This document shows, piece after piece, positions 1 to 13,817 of a stretch of 64,000 nucleotides of DNA. The stretch is from Vezdaea acicularis (taxonomy: Eukaryota), in NCBI GenBank assembly GCA_026025075.1, contig JAPEUI010000052.1, positions 1 to 64,000 on the forward strand, in the 5' to 3' direction. The number at the start of each line of letters is the position of its first letter. Position 1 is the stretch's first letter. Below the pieces are notes generated by a model. It did not search any database, had not been told where the DNA came from, and was given only the letters and a program-made list of their open reading frames with translations. A program made the translations under genes and the position numbers.

Positions 1-29
1 GGATAATGTCGTGCTGACTTATGTTGTAG

Positions 30-140
30 ACAGCCGTCCTCTTCGCCCAATGTATGAACCAAAAGCTGCCGAAGAAGGAGGGTGAGATACCCGGCGAGGT
101 TCGTCGATGGAGCGATTTCATCGGTGGGAAGCCATTGTAA
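30..140 (+). CDS. Probable terminal exon of a gene starting upstream of the window (TAVLFAQCMNQKLPKKEGEIPGEVRRWSDFIGGKPL*), product unknown
   Basis: CTGAC branch site at 14-18 and TAG acceptor at 27-29, then a 37-codon open frame ending TAA at 138-140. Confidence 0.55.
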   Translation, partial: TAVLFAQCMNQKLPKKEGEIPGEVRRWSDFIGGKPL

Positions 141-809
141 AAAAACCTACTCCTAATGACCTAATCTCTCTGGAACACACAACGTTTTCGTTGCCTCGCC
201 AAAAGAGATACTTCTACTTTTTTGCCAGATCGAGATTTACGGGCGGATCTATTGACGTTGAACGCGGTTGTGTACATACTGCCTAATAAAAATAGAGATA
301 GGATTTCAATTTCGAGAATTAATTTTGAACATTCACATGCTTGACTATTCTGAACTCTTGGGACGTTTACATTGCAATCATGACCGTTGACCCTGGAGAC
401 CTTATTTCTACTCTCGGCAAGCCGCTCAGCCTATCGATCTCCAGTCCAGGACTGTTCTCCCATAATATACCTGATGAAACGAGGAGTCCAGACCTGGCCT
501 TTACGTCCGTGTCCAATCTCCGGCTGACCTCGAGCACATAAAGTTCAGAAGCTTGTGTTCTAATGTATAGATACTCGGGGGGGCTCGGCGGATATGTACT
601 CTTGAATACATGTGGTCGCGCTTTGGTTGGATCGAATTGATTTACATCAGGTCATTTGGCGGTCAACTAGTAGCATCGTGCAGGAACCATACCAAGCGGT
701 GCAGCATATTCATGTAACTTAGTAGTAGCGCTCCCCCTGCCTGTGGGCGAAGTTGCAGAGACGAGACAAACATACTATATACGAAACAGAGAATAAAGTT
801 CGTAATTAC

Positions 810-3286
810 TCAAAGACCCTTCCAGGCAAGCTTAGCCACGTGGTCGACCTTCTTCCTACTTTGCTTCAACATGCCCATGAGCTTGAGTTCCGCCATTGCA
901 CGATAAAACAGCGCTCTACGCGCAATAAGTTAGACTCCTCTCTGCACATATATAGGGCTGCATAACTTACAGAGCAAGACGCTCATCTTTCTCTCCAGAC
1001 TCCTCAGCCCCTATAACAGCGTAGAACGCTTCCCATAAGTCTCTAACATTGATCAAAGCTCCACTCTCGAGATACAGCTGGTATAATATCGCCGTCGGCG
1101 GCTGGGATCCCGAGAGTTCATTTCCCTGCCTACAACAATCGCAATTGAGATAGTCATGCGGAGCGCAGAGAGCGCGCTCAATCGCGAATCGAGGTTTAGG
1201 GGTGATTGCGGCGCGATGGGGCGTCTTAAGGTCGTAGTAGAAGGCCTCATAGAGGAAATATTGAGATGGACTCTTAAGGTGATCTTGAAAGTATAGACTG
1301 AACCACTCTTGTGTACGCCTAAGAATCTCCGAGAAAGCTGCCTCATGAGCTGGTAGCGCCGACCTCTGACGAGATAACTCCACACGGCGGCCATCAAACG
1401 TAGTTCGAAAGTTTGAGTGTTGAAGATCATGCCCACTGCGCAACGGGCGGCCATGAATGGCTTGTTCTTCGACGAGCTTGGCATGATCAACCTGGATTTG
1501 CGCAAGCTCGAGCAGGGATGGCTCCCCCACTCCAGCAGTCTCTAACAAAGTAGAGAAGAGCGTTGACAAGGCATCTGAGCTCAGCTTATCTACAGCTTCA
1601 ATTAGATCCTCAACTAGATCATCTTGACCATCTTCGTTCACTTCGAAACCTCGCACATAAAGATCCGATAAAGATAAACGCGCTTTCCCGGGAATACATG
1701 TACGCGCTATTTGTAAGAGTCTCGTAGCCTCCCTCACATTGTTCATTGCTTGTACATGAGCCGCAGAGGAGCTACGTATCGCAGCCATAAGAGTCTTGGA
1801 GTCCCCAGGGTCCAACCATTTACGGACAAGGGCTAGTTTGCCCTTTTGCACAAAACGTTCAACATGTCTTCATAGCTGTCAGCAAGACTTGGCCTGAATT
1901 GAGGAGATTTCTTACTCTTTAAATGATGGCAAATGCCTAGCAGCCTCTAAATGTTCGTCTTGAAGTACTTCCAAAGCTTTCGACCCAGCAAGCAATATAC
2001 TCAAAGGATTCGCATAGAAATGGGACATATACGCATACTAACGCTGTTGGCTATGCAAGTCCTAATCTGGGGAGATGAACTCACTTTCAGAGAAGATACG
2101 AAAGATTGGACGCTCTGTATATCTTCACGCTGCCTCGTCAACAGGAGCTTGCTTAAAGACGGACCAAGTCGTAGAACATTTTGGTCCCCGAAATCAACAG
2201 GATCGTTGATCTCATAGAAAATTCGCTCCAATGACTCTTCAGCACGTTCCACATCAAACTGTTCGCCCTTCATGAGTTGTATTGCTGATCTTGGAAGCTT
2301 CTCGTGAAAAATATCCAGTGACGTAGCGATACCAAATAACAACACGAATGGAATACGGTCCAGCCATGAATAGAATGTCTGGACCAACTCGGCCAGTAGA
2401 TCGCCATCAAATGCGTCACTGTCTTGGAAGGCAATTACGACCCGACTCGAGCCGTGGCTCTCAACATAGGTCTGAAGAATTTGCAGATCAAAATTGAGAA
2501 GTTTTCGACCCTTTACGCACTTAGCTCGATGCAGCATTACGTCTAATACTCACTCACTCTTAAGAATGATTGTGACACTTCTTCTTCATTCGTTTCGTTT
2601 GTAGCCTCCTTAATGACCTTCTTAAGAACAGTTTTAAGATTCAGCGACTCTCCAGCGTTCAGGAGGATGAAAGGGCCACCCGTCTGTAGGTTAATTCGAG
2701 TCTCGATCTGTTGGAACAGGAAGCTATGTGAGGCAATGTTCGGGCCAGCCAGAATGAGCCCAGCTGGGACTTTCCCATTGTACCTGATCAAGCGTCAGGA
2801 CGGCAACACGTTACTCGCGAACGACTTACTCGTCTGGAGTTGCCAAATTAACAAACTCAGCAACTCCATTTATTGTTTTCGCATTTACATCTTGTAAGAT
2901 AGCCTACAAGCCATTAATCCCTGCGCATCGTAGAACATGATGCTGACTTCTTACTTCTATACGCCCTTCCTGCTGTGCCCAGAGGGTTTTGTACGTGCCA
3001 TAGCGAAGCTTCACGCATGCAGTACTTTCCAGTCCATTGAGCAAGGGAACGAAAGGTACTGAAGGCTCGAGGCTTGTGGACGCGGAGTGCCCAGGCTTAT
3101 CATCCAACTTTCGTCTCTTGGCAGGGTGCTTCGCTTCAGCACTTGAGGTTGCGGTAAAAACGTAGCAAGCCTCGCGTAATATTCAGTCAATGGGCCTTGT
3201 CTACGGTCACAATTGGGACAACATACCTGATGTACCGTCGGATCATATCCACTTTCTTCTACATTAGGATGAGGGACCGATGACAT
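810..3286 (-). CDS. ORC3: Origin recognition complex subunit 3 (multi-exon)
   Basis: Exons contain FVPLLNGLES, AGLILAGPNIASH, VVIAFQDSDAFD...SWLDRIPFVLLFGIATS, PRFAIERAL..PHDYLNCDCC and ILYQLYLESGALINVRDLW; the last exon ALFYRAMAELKLMG...LAWKGL* follows a GTAAGT...TAG intron. Confidence 0.93.
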
Positions 3287-3479
3287 TATAGAAGCTGGTT
3301 GAGTAGAGAAATCAAGGAGACGCGTTCCCATATACAGAACCTCGCGTCTCAAGTACGCTAAGCTCGAAAGGGTTTGTAGATTTCGGAGATGCTCTCTGCG
3401 GAGCCGAGCTTCTTCAGTTCGCAGGTGTAGAAGCAGTGATGTTCATATCTCTCTCCCAACACTTAATCGCTCATCGTCG

Positions 3480-6164
3480 ATGCAAGCTCTTGGGCTTGCC
3501 AGGGTCCCACTACGCCGTACATATTTTCTAAGCCACAGTAAAACAATAACTCTTGGTTTACGACCGCGATCCACGGTATCTCCAAGAGGTCCAGGTTTTC
3601 AGAAAGATGGAGTAGCAAAATCCGGCGGTTTAGGCCGCAACAAAGCCGGCAGTCGGGACGACAATTTGAGATTGAACTTACGGCGGTTACAGCGGGGTGA
3701 GACAGTGTCAGGGCTGGAGAAGAGGGAGAGGGAAGAGGAAGTGGAAGTGGAGGATGTCCTCGATGAGGATGATTATGAGGACCTAGAACTTATCCAAGCT
3801 CTTTCAGATCAAGACCCGGCCACGAGTCAAGCTCGTAGAGCCCAGCTTCTTTCCGGGATGACTTCGGAGGAGCGAAAATTACTGAAACGAGCTGTCGAGG
3901 AACACGACCAAAACCGAACGGCTCTTTTCGGTGCTACGAAAGGGGAACCAAGCATAGACACAAGCTTTCTTGACCCACCGAGGTCCAAAGATGTCGCACT
4001 CTTGAATATTCCTGCTCTACGACGACATAGACCATACCTTGAGCACCTAAATAAGTGCCTTGCTCAAGTGCAACAGGGAGAAGTCAATGCGACGACACGA
4101 AAAGAACTCTGGCGATGGTATTCTCGTTGCAAGCAGAACCTTCCGCCGTTCTTCTTTCTTGTACCGCAGAGAGTATGGGAAACGTTGTGGGGAAGTCAGT
4201 TCAACGTACCTGAATCGAATCCTGATAGGTGGGCGCATCTGAAGATCCTCGCAGAAGACATCATTGCAGCTGGTCATGAGCTTACAAACGAGCAAAAGCT
4301 TGCATACATTGAGGCCCTCCATTTTATAAATGAGCGAGTCAAGGCTGTGGAGGTTTGGGGCAATGAGGTCATCTCGGTCGGGATGGATGACAAGGACTTT
4401 GAAGAATTTTGGGACCTTGGGGTTAGAATGTTCGCTGCGCAAGGCGACCCCGAGCGAGCCCAGAAGACAGCTTACATGCTGCTTGGAAGTAAGGGAGAGA
4501 AATCTCTTAGAGTCTTACTGCCAGTGATTGCATCATGGATAGATCAGGGTGGAAAATTAGGCTTTCAGAACGCTTGGGCTCTTTACATGGTAATGAAGGA
4601 TCGGCTGGGTCTGAAAATGACCATGGAGGACTACGACATGGTCAGCCTCAGCTTTCTTAGAGCTGGCAAGAAAGATCTGGCGCTAGCAGTCTTCAGGGAC
4701 ATGATGCTCACAGGCCAGGCATCAGATTTTGACTCCGTCATCCTCTACAAGAAAGCAATGGGCATCGTTGGCGGGCTGCAAGCTATTAGCAATAGCATGG
4801 AAGAGATTAACAGAATCTCGTTGGACGCCATGGCTGTTCTTCCACGCCAATACCAGAACAAGTTCTTTTTCGGCAGTTGGATCAAAAGGTTGATTGGCAT
4901 GGACGAAGTCGATGCGGCTGCGATGGTGGCCGAACTAATGTACGAGAGAGGAATAACCCCGGCCCCAAAACACATGAATGGTATCATCGGAGCTTGGATC
5001 CGTAGGGGTGATGAGAAGGCGCTGAAGAACGCGGAGAGCCTTGCCTGGGCTATGATCGCGGAAAGGAAGAGAGTCGTCGTCGAACGTCAGGCCGTCAAAA
5101 GGGCTGAATTAGATCAGCAACTGACGCGGCAAGGGCAGTCGGAGGGAAATGGAGAAAGGTCTGCAGAAGCCGAAGATGAAGATGATAGTGTAGCACACAA
5201 CCTCCCTCCTTTTACACCCCCTCCATACAGTCATGGGCCCGTTCCGCCCGCTACAACTGAAACATTCAACGTACTACTGCTTTACTATTCGCAGCGGGAT
5301 CGTTATGATCGCGTCGAACTTGTCCGGCGGACGCTACACCAGGTCGCTCTTCCCCAGGACGTGGACTTCCTTAATCAAATGCTCTACACGACAATGCGCA
5401 CTCGCGGCCTCGGTGTCCTCTGGAGGCGGTTCTCGAGAGCAAAAGCGTTGTTGGAGAGAAAGAAAAGCGCACCAAAGCCCAATGTCGAAAGCTACCAATG
5501 CTTGTGGGATGCTATGGTCGTGAAGCTCGATCGCAAACCCAAAGGCGCCGACGGAGATTTCCCCATGGGTCCCCGCGCTCTTTTTGCAGATATGGCGATC
5601 TGGTGGAGAGGTCTTACAGAGAAGGAGCGGCTGGTACAGATCGATATGTTTAGCAAAGGGCTTTACGATCAAATCATACGCTCTTTTGGTACAGGAGAGA
5701 ACGTAGATCATATTGGTGTCCTCATTGCGATGCATACACTCACCCAAATGTTCAAAATATTTCCGGATGAAGCCACAGCCCGAGTCATCATACTACAACT
5801 TTCAGAGGCCAAGGAGAAGGTAAAAGCTTCATCTACAGCGGCGCTCAAAGAACTACGGCGCAGACCTGCAGTTCGCGCGCAACATGCGCAACAATGGGTT
5901 GTAACTGAAATACTGGATAAGCTTCAGAATAGAAGACTGGAGTTCTTGGAGAGCAAGGGAGCCCAACTAGACGAGGAGAGCGACACAGCTATGGGTGAAG
6001 AGAAGCTGCTGTTAATGTCAGAACTTCTAAAGACTATCATAATAGAGGAAGTGAGGGTTACGAACGAGGATATGGATTCAAGCATCATGCAGGCTGCATG
6101 GGAGATGGAGGTTCCATGGGTGAATATTGGAGATAAGAGTGGTCACTTTGCCACTCCGCAATGA
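3480..6164 (+). CDS. Mitochondrial pentatricopeptide-repeat (PPR) protein, 894 aa, single ORF
   Basis: Arg-rich presequence-like N-terminus; PPR-like helical repeats such as DYDMVSLSFLRAGKKDLALAVFRDM and SWIKRLIGMDEVDAAAMVAELMYERGITPAPKHMNGIIGAWIRRG; divergent from ORC3 across 193 bp. Confidence 0.8.
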   Translation: MQALGLARVPLRRTYFLSHSKTITLGLRPRSTVSPRGPGFQKDGVAKSGGLGRNKAGSRDDNLRLNLRRLQRGETVSGLEKREREEEVEVEDVLDEDDYEDLELIQALSDQDPATSQARRAQLLSGMTSEERKLLKRAVEEHDQNRTALFGATKGEPSIDTSFLDPPRSKDVALLNIPALRRHRPYLEHLNKCLAQVQQGEVNATTRKELWRWYSRCKQNLPPFFFLVPQRVWETLWGSQFNVPESNPDRWAHLKILAEDIIAAGHELTNEQKLAYIEALHFINERVKAVEVWGNEVISVGMDDKDFEEFWDLGVRMFAAQGDPERAQKTAYMLLGSKGEKSLRVLLPVIASWIDQGGKLGFQNAWALYMVMKDRLGLKMTMEDYDMVSLSFLRAGKKDLALAVFRDMMLTGQASDFDSVILYKKAMGIVGGLQAISNSMEEINRISLDAMAVLPRQYQNKFFFGSWIKRLIGMDEVDAAAMVAELMYERGITPAPKHMNGIIGAWIRRGDEKALKNAESLAWAMIAERKRVVVERQAVKRAELDQQLTRQGQSEGNGERSAEAEDEDDSVAHNLPPFTPPPYSHGPVPPATTETFNVLLLYYSQRDRYDRVELVRRTLHQVALPQDVDFLNQMLYTTMRTRGLGVLWRRFSRAKALLERKKSAPKPNVESYQCLWDAMVVKLDRKPKGADGDFPMGPRALFADMAIWWRGLTEKERLVQIDMFSKGLYDQIIRSFGTGENVDHIGVLIAMHTLTQMFKIFPDEATARVIILQLSEAKEKVKASSTAALKELRRRPAVRAQHAQQWVVTEILDKLQNRRLEFLESKGAQLDEESDTAMGEEKLLLMSELLKTIIIEEVRVTNEDMDSSIMQAAWEMEVPWVNIGDKSGHFATPQ

Positions 6165-6527
6165 TGTACCATTGTCTGATTATCAGCATTATTAGTTGGG
6201 GCGGACTGCTGCAATATCTTGACCTTGGTGTAATGGATTAGCGATTTGTTTGCATAGAAAGCTTTGCACCCGTTAGATTTCAAGCGAACATGTATAACAA
6301 AGGCTCCAAGCACTGCCTCACGTAAATGGGATTTTCTCTATAGATCACTTAGCAAAGCCCCAAAACGGGAATTGGTTCTTGGACTTTTTAGAATTATCCA
6401 AGTTAAAATCGAGCCTCATTCCGTCCAATTATCTACTCGCCCGCATCAAACGAACTTTACGCAGCGAATATGTTGCATTTACTTCAAAAATGTGCTTAAG
6501 CCAATTAGATCCATACATAATCAGAAA

Positions 6528-7970
6528 ATGGCGCTGAGTAGAAAATATGCTGCGCTCCCCGACCTTGTTAGTACCACTTGGATATTCCAGAGTAATTCTA
6601 ATACACGGAATTCCTAGGACTCTGCTCCAGACATCTATGAGACCCCCGAACTAACAGACGGCGGGTCTACTGTGCCTGTAAGTATCTAGTAGGATTCAAA
6701 ATATTTCCAACGCCTACTGAAGCTGCTACAGACCTCTGCCGCGGCTCAGTCTGCTCCTCCATCTCGTCGCTCTTCAGCATCAGACTCAGGACTGTCTCAA
6801 GACGAAACCCGCAATATATCGCACTCCCATCTTCAACCTTCACAGGCACGACATCTATTTTCTCCTTCACAAGTCGACGCACGAGGCGTCGACTTTTCAG
6901 ACCGCATTGCGGCCAAGAAAGCTTCTTACAAAACTTCAACTCGCAGGCGACGGAAGAATGCTGATGGTACAGAGCTGGGGGATTTAAGTGATGAAGAGGA
7001 CGAAAGCTTGGAGCGGAAGCTTGCAAGGTTAAGGAGAGAAATCGAGGAAGTCAAACAAGAAGCCGGGCATCGAAAACAAGAGCGTGGAGTATCAGGAGAC
7101 AAGAAAGTGGCGGACGATGAGGGAGACTTTGAACAACTAAGTCAGTTGCTGCGCACCGTGGAGATCAATGCAAGCCTTAATGACAGATCTGCGCAATCTA
7201 AGTTGAGTCAGAGTCTATCTAAAAGTCTCAAAGGTCACGCAGGTCCCGATTCTCAGGGTGGTCATCCAGCAGAGGGTCTGCCTACCGATGGAACTAATTA
7301 TTCACTCGTTTATAGCGCATCGCAGGACCTTGGCCGTGAGCACACACTTGCCCTTGTGGCATCTTTCGAATCACGTCTCACTGCTCTGGAAAAGCTTCTC
7401 GGTCTACCTGCTCTCCTACCAGACTCGTCCCCAAAACCTATCCTTCCCATACTTGATCGGATTTCTGCTCAGGTCAATACCCTTACGGCCACATCTGCAT
7501 CCTCGCTAGATGCTCTCCGCCATCGAATACGTCAGCTCACGAATGATGCTGAGACGTTAAGTAAGTCCCGGCAAACGGCCCGTGATGCTTCTGGCTCGGG
7601 GGGCGAAGATGCAAATGGCACCGTCGCTACAAAACGGGCGATTGACGAAGAAAGTCAAGCTGCGAAAGTCACCGCCCTGTATGGCACATTACCAACGATA
7701 GAGTCTATCGCACCGCTTTTGCCCTCATTGCTTGCTCGGCTTCACTCGCTGCGCGAACTGCATGCGGAAGCTGCGACAGCGAGCCAAGATTTGGAGACGC
7801 TCGAACAAAGAACGGAAGAGATCAGCAGAGAGGTCAAAGACTGGAAGGAGGGACTTGGCAAGGTTGAAAGTGTAATGAATAGAGTTGAAGGGGAATGGAA
7901 GGCAAATGCAAATGTGATGGAAACCTGGGTCAAAGGGCTGGAGACGCGGGTTCAGAAGCTGGGTGATTAA
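6528..7970 (+). CDS. DCTN2: Dynactin subunit 2 (dynamitin/p50), two 5' introns
   Basis: Spliced N-terminus MALSRKYAALPDL|DSAPDIYETPEL; SLERKLARLRREIEEVKQE coiled coil; LPSLLARLHSLRELHAEAA. Confidence 0.85.
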
Positions 7971-8177
7971 GGGGTCCTCCGGAACGAGATACTCTTATAT
8001 TCCATGGGCCGCGTTGCACATGCAAGTTGCATATATTCCCCTAGTTATAGATATTATCTACATATCCGGAGCATACTGAGGAGGCGTCCTCTCGCTTTGA
8101 CAAAACTCCAAACCTGGGTATACTGATGTTGAAATCCGTACGCCGTTTCTCCGAAATAGATATCCCAAGGTGCAATA

Positions 8178-8739
8178 TTAGGCCGGCCTTCTTCTTACAA
8201 ACTCCTCTAAATCCCCTATTGTTGCAACTCCAAGAACAAATCTCCTACCGACGTCCGTTACCACGGCAAAGTCTTGTTGTATTCCACCACTCGTACCACC
8301 GTTGAAGAACTCCTCTAGCTCCTCTAAAGGCGTATCCATGGTTATAACCTTGTACACTTTCCCCTTCCGCCGAAACTTGAGCATCGCCTTGTCGACTGTG
8401 TCATGATCCCGAACTGTCCCTTTCTTCAAGAGCTCCTTCAGCCGAGGAATACTCAGGTAGCCCAGTAGAGCCCGGTTGTGCTCAGATATCACGGTGAGAT
8501 GGGTGTAATCGCGCTCATAAGCACTCATGAGTGCGTTTGAAATCAAATCGGTAGGTTTGGTGGAGAGGGCGGGTGGGGGATCGAGGTCTTCGACGGTCGC
8601 CTGTAAACCAAGCGTGAGTAATAGAATCTGAACTGTGGTGGTTGACACTACTTACACCGCGGTATTTGTCCGCCCATGGTGATTTATATTCAGGTTGAGC
8701 TGGTATATGGGGTGTGGAACTTGATGTTGTGGTCTCCAT
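8178..8739 (-). CDS. Small CBS-domain protein, one intron
   Basis: SPWADKYRG|ATVEDLDPPPALS...AYERDYTHLTVIS...LLGYLSIPRL...FAVVTDVGRRFVLGVATIGDLEEFVRRRPA; GTAAGT donor near 8654. Confidence 0.8.
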
Positions 8740-9288
8740 CTTGTGAAATGGGATCTTTTAGATAGCGCTTCAATGGGTTTTAATCTTTGAATGGATATCG
8801 GGGTAACAATGCACCCAGAAAGCAGAGGGCCAGCTCGATCACCCCCTGTGCTGCTCAGTAAAATTGAAAATGCGCAAAGAATTATCAAAAATGGTTCGCG
8901 TCCTGATATTGCCTTAGCGGAATTTTGATGGGATGATTTTGTTCTTATAAACGGAATCACATTTACTAATTGTCGATTTGGTCCAAAGGCATCCCGCTTT
9001 CGCGACGTCATACTGTACGGAGATGGTCGTATTTACCGAGGGGTGGGCGACCTGCTTCGGCCATCCATCGCACCTAGAGCTCTTCATGCGATCCATGATC
9101 GGTAATTGAGCCGTCTACTCACGACCATCAATTACGGTCAACTTGCTCTAGATTGTCCTTCAGCTACGGCTCCTGGTGCTAGCTCGAGAGAGCCGTTGAC
9201 GGCTCTCAAACGAACGCCCCCCCATCAACACGTGTGACAGATCACAGCTAAGCTGTCAACGATTGCCGCCGAGGAGAACAATATCGTT

Positions 9289-10629
9289 ATGCCTCCCCTA
9301 TACCCAACTCAAGGGACGCTGACCAGCGTCTTCCATCAGCAATTGCCATTATCACCACCCAGTCAAGAGCGTGTTGCTTCAAAGCGCACGAAATATCAAG
9401 CTCGGTCCGATCTTTACCCCGCCTACAGCGTCGTCGAAGATGCAAAAGTCAAAGCGAATACCTTAGGCAATGAAGCTTCAAAGGAATTTAGCAAGGCGAG
9501 CTCGAAAGCGCAAGCCAAGGCTGGCCATATTGAGCTCTACACAGCAAAATACTATGCCGCCTGCACGTTTGGGGGCCTTATGGCCTGCGTATGTTCTACA
9601 CCCCTGGCTAAGATATGCGACACTGATTGTGCTGGAAGGGTCTTACCCACACCGCTGTGACGCCGCTCGATCTCGTGAAATGCCGTCGGCAGGTAGATTC
9701 GAAGATGTACAAAGGCAACTTCGAGGCCTGGGGCAAGATTAGTCGTGCTGAGGGCTTTCGTGGTGTTTATACAGGATGGAGTCCCACTTTCTTTGGATAC
9801 TCGGTAAGCGCTGCGAAAATTTGAGAACAGAGAGCATCGGCTTACGCAATATGCTCAAAAAGGCCCAAGGAGCTTTTAAATATGGCGGATATGAGTTCTT
9901 TAAGAAGTTCTACTCGGATTTGGCGGGCGAAGAGACGGCCTATAAATACAAGACATCGCTCTACCTGGCAGCCAGCGCATCTGCCGAGTTCATTGCAGAC
10001 ATTGCACTTTGCCCCTTCGAAGCAGTGAAGGTCCGCATGCAAACGACCATCCCTCCATTCGCCACTGGTACCATGGATGGGATCTCAAAGATCACCGGCG
10101 CTGAGGGTGTTGCTGGGTACGTATCCAATCTGCGATGCATTGCACCGGAGGGTATAACAGGCGGTTTACCATTGCATACAGACTATACAAAGGTCTCTAT
10201 CCCCTGTGGGGCCGACAAATCCCTTACACGATGATGAAGTTTGCCTCTTTTGAGACTGTCGTCGAGATGATATACAACTACCTTCCCGGGACTAAGAACG
10301 ACTATGGCAAGGGTGCACAGACAGCAGTCTCATTTACTGGCGGCTATATCGCTGGTATTCTCTGCGCTATTGTCAGCCATCCAGCCGACGTGATGGTTAG
10401 TAAACTCAATGCCAACCGTCAAAAGGGGGAAGGATTCGGAGCTGCCACGAGCAGGATCTACGGCGACATTGGTTTCAGGGGCTTATGGAACGGTCTGCCC
10501 GTTAGGATTGTTATGATTGGTACCTTGACGGGTCTGCAATGGATGATTTACGATTACTTTAAGATCTTCATGGGCTTGCCAACAACGGGTGGGGCTGCAC
10601 CGCCACCGAAACAGGAACTGGGGAAATAA
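9289..10629 (+). CDS. PIC2: Mitochondrial phosphate carrier (Pic2/Mir1 family), three introns
   Basis: Three carrier signatures ([33 protein letters not shown]), plus [14 protein letters not shown] and [12 protein letters not shown]. Confidence 0.92.
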
Positions 10630-10837
10630 GACGAGGGGGTACGTTGTAGATATAAATTTGGAAACAGGGGCAGGCTAATTTGGAAGCTTGCCATATCCTC
10701 CTTGGATAACTATTTTTATAGGGTTGTTAGTATTTTTAGTCGTACATGGTATTTCGGAGCAATGCCACGCATTCTGATAAGATGGCCACTCAATCAAACG
10801 CCCTTCAATGCCTCCCGTATAGACAGCGCGTGCTCCT

Positions 10838-12065
10838 CTAAGAATCTAGTTTTGCCAAAGCCCTTTTCATCCTCTTACATTTCAGCTTGAGTAACTTCAC
10901 GCTCTCCAGAAATAGCTCGTCGCCGTCAAACTGACCAGTACTCTCCACAGAGAAGATGAAGTGGTCCCTCACCCTCCCTAGCTTGACCTTGTCCTTGAAC
11001 TCGTCGTATCGCAAACACTCCCTCGAGACTGTGTCCCTCATCGTGTCCTTGACAACGGCCCTTTTCATGCCGACCAAATCCTTGAGCTTCTTATCCTTGA
11101 AGGCATCTGCGGCCGTGACGTTCTCAAGTCCAATCACCCCCGGAGGAAAGCAGGTTCGGAATTTTTCCGCGTCTTTCCCCACAATCGGATGCTGGATATC
11201 GATGGTTGGAAGTAGCCGGTAGCTCGCTGTCGCCACGGGCGAGAACTTCGCATGATCGGCGCCGATCCCCTTAACGCAATGCATATCCATATCGATCTCC
11301 TGCCCAGGTCTCAACTTCGCAATCAGCACATCCGGCGTCGTCGGTTCTACGACCGCGCCATCGAAGATGGATATTTGCCGTCCCATCGGGTGAAATGTAA
11401 TGTCGCGAGCATAGACGTGCGCGTTGTGATATAGCTTCGTTGGATCAAGCTCGCCCTTCGCCGCGGCCTCGTTTTTCGTACACTTCACCTTCAGTTTCAG
11501 CACTAGCGTATTGTAATCTGTCGTTGGCCCCTCCGGATGTTCGTCCGTGCCGCGCTGCTTCCATGTCATCTGATCGAACCAGTGATTTGGGCCACGCATA
11601 GGAATGAGGCCGACGCGCTGGCAGATTATTTCGTCTTGGACTATTGAGGTGTTATTGAAGATCAAGCAGTTTTCTACAGCAATACTGGGGATTTCGGCAA
11701 GGAGGATGCGTCGGAAGGCATTTGCGATTGAGGCGTCGATTCCGACGACCGAGAAGGTGATTTCATATCTATTCGGTTGGGTGTGGATTTTGATGCGGAG
11801 GTTCTGGCTGGGGTTTAACTATGTGATGGGTCATGTGGGGGGCTGTGATGGCTTGGCATACCTTTTGGAACTGGTCGAGGTTCCAAGAGTGGTCTTCACC
11901 AGGCCAATGCCCTGGGAAGTCGTTGGAACTGACATTTGTGACTGTCTCTTCATTGACACCGACGATCTGGAGGTACTTTTAGCTGGACAATTCAGCTGGT
12001 TGACAATAAGACGCTCTTACCTTCCGCCGATCCAAGTCGGCTTGTGAAAAAGGTCGGAGCACCAT
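10838..12065 (-). CDS. RPC40: RNA polymerase I/III shared subunit AC40
   Basis: VGIDASIANAFRRILLAEIPSIAVE, NNTSIVQDEI, LIAKLRPGQEID..HCVKGIGADHAKFSPVATASYRLLP, RVRDHFIFSVESTG. Confidence 0.95.
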
Positions 12066-12340
12066 ATCTTCAAGTTGAGAAGACAGGCGTCCGATATTGA
12101 GATATTCGATGTTTGGACCTCGAAATTATTTCGCGATGCACAAACATTTGGGCCAATCATGGTTGACGAAATGTCTTGACTAAGCATGGAGCCAAGCCTC
12201 TTTTGACCCGATAGGATCGTCTACCTCATCGCTTCTCTGCAACAGAATAATACTTCTTACTCTTCGGCTCCAACAGTATGACGCGGCAGGCATCAAGACC
12301 TTGATATCCTGCCCCTCCCCGTCTCTAATAATCGAGGCTG

Positions 12341-13817
12341 ATGGCATCCTCTTTCGCCCGGCTTGCCGGCCACAGCGCCAAAAGGCTGTGTCTTCGGCCA
12401 TCGACCCACCACACCTCCATTATAGTCTCCCGATCAATTGCAACATCACCCCGTCAATACGCCGAGCCATACCAATCAACAAGACTCATACCTACGGATG
12501 ATCGATTTGGGCACCCTACTAATCCCGAGAACGAGCAGCACACCAATCTTCCATCGGAAGATGGATCGCAGGTCGAGAATCGAAAGATCCGCCACTACAC
12601 TGTAAACTTTGGGCCCCAACATCCAGCTGCACATGGTGTGCTCCGATTGATTTTGGAGCTCAACGGCGAGGAGATTGTGCGAGCGGATCCGCATGTCGGA
12701 CTGTTGCACCGTGGCACGGAGAAATTGATCGAATACAAGACATATCTGCAAGCGTTACCGTACTTTGATCGCCTGGACTACGTCTCGATGATGACCAACG
12801 AGCAGTGCTTCTCGCTGGCGGTTGAGAAACTCTTAAATATTGAGATTCCTGAGCGGGCGAAATGGATTCGGACCTTGTTTGGCGAAATCACGAGAATCTT
12901 GAACCATCTGATGTCCGTTCTTTCCCATGCTATGGACGTGGGAGCTTTGACACCGTTCTTGTGGGGCTTTGAGGAGCGAGAGAAGCTCATGGAGTTCTAC
13001 GAGCGGGTTTCTGGGGCTCGGCTTCACGCTGCCTACGTTCGACCAGGTGGCGTGGCCCAGGATCTTCCCATCGGTCTTTTGGACGACATCTATCAGTGGG
13101 CAACACAATTCGGTGACCGCATTGACGAGACCGAGGAACTTCTCACAGACAATCGAATATGGAAGGGGCGGACAGAGAACATTGGAGTTGTATCGGCTGC
13201 AGATGCACTCAATTACTCTTTCACGGGCGTCATGCTACGTGGCTCGGGCGTACCGTGGGACGTTCGAAAAAGTCAACCATATGACGCCTATGACCAGGTG
13301 GAATTTGACGTGCCAGTCGGTGTCAATGGCGACTGTTATGACCGGTATCTCTGCCGGATGGAAGAGTTCCGCCAATCGCTCCGCATCATTCACCAATGTC
13401 TCAATAAGATGCCTCCTGGCCCCGTGAAGGTCGAAGACTACAAGATCGCGCCGCCACCGCGCGCGGCGATGAAGGAGAACATGGAGGCGCTAATTCATCA
13501 CTTCCTCTTGTTCACAAAGGGCTATACTGTCCCACCAGGCGAGACGTATTCGGCCATCGAAGCACCAAAGGGCGAGATGGGCGTCTATGTGGTGAGCGAT
13601 GGAAGTGAGAGGCCATACAGGTGCAAGATCCGCGCCCCGGGCTTTGCCCATTTGGGCTCGTTCGATCAGATCTCACGCGGTCATCTGCTCGCAGATGCGG
13701 TGGCCATCATCGGGACGATGGATCTTGTGTTCGGGTACGTTTTTGCCTTCTCCCTAGCCCATTCAATACGGGCCGCTTGCTAACGTGATCTTCGATTACA
13801 GGGAAGTAGACCGGTAG
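12341..13817 (+). CDS. NDUFS2: NADH:ubiquinone oxidoreductase 49-kDa subunit (nuclear-encoded), one 3' intron
   Basis: [46 protein letters not shown]; intron GTACGT...CAG restores the terminal DLVFG|EVDR*. Confidence 0.97.
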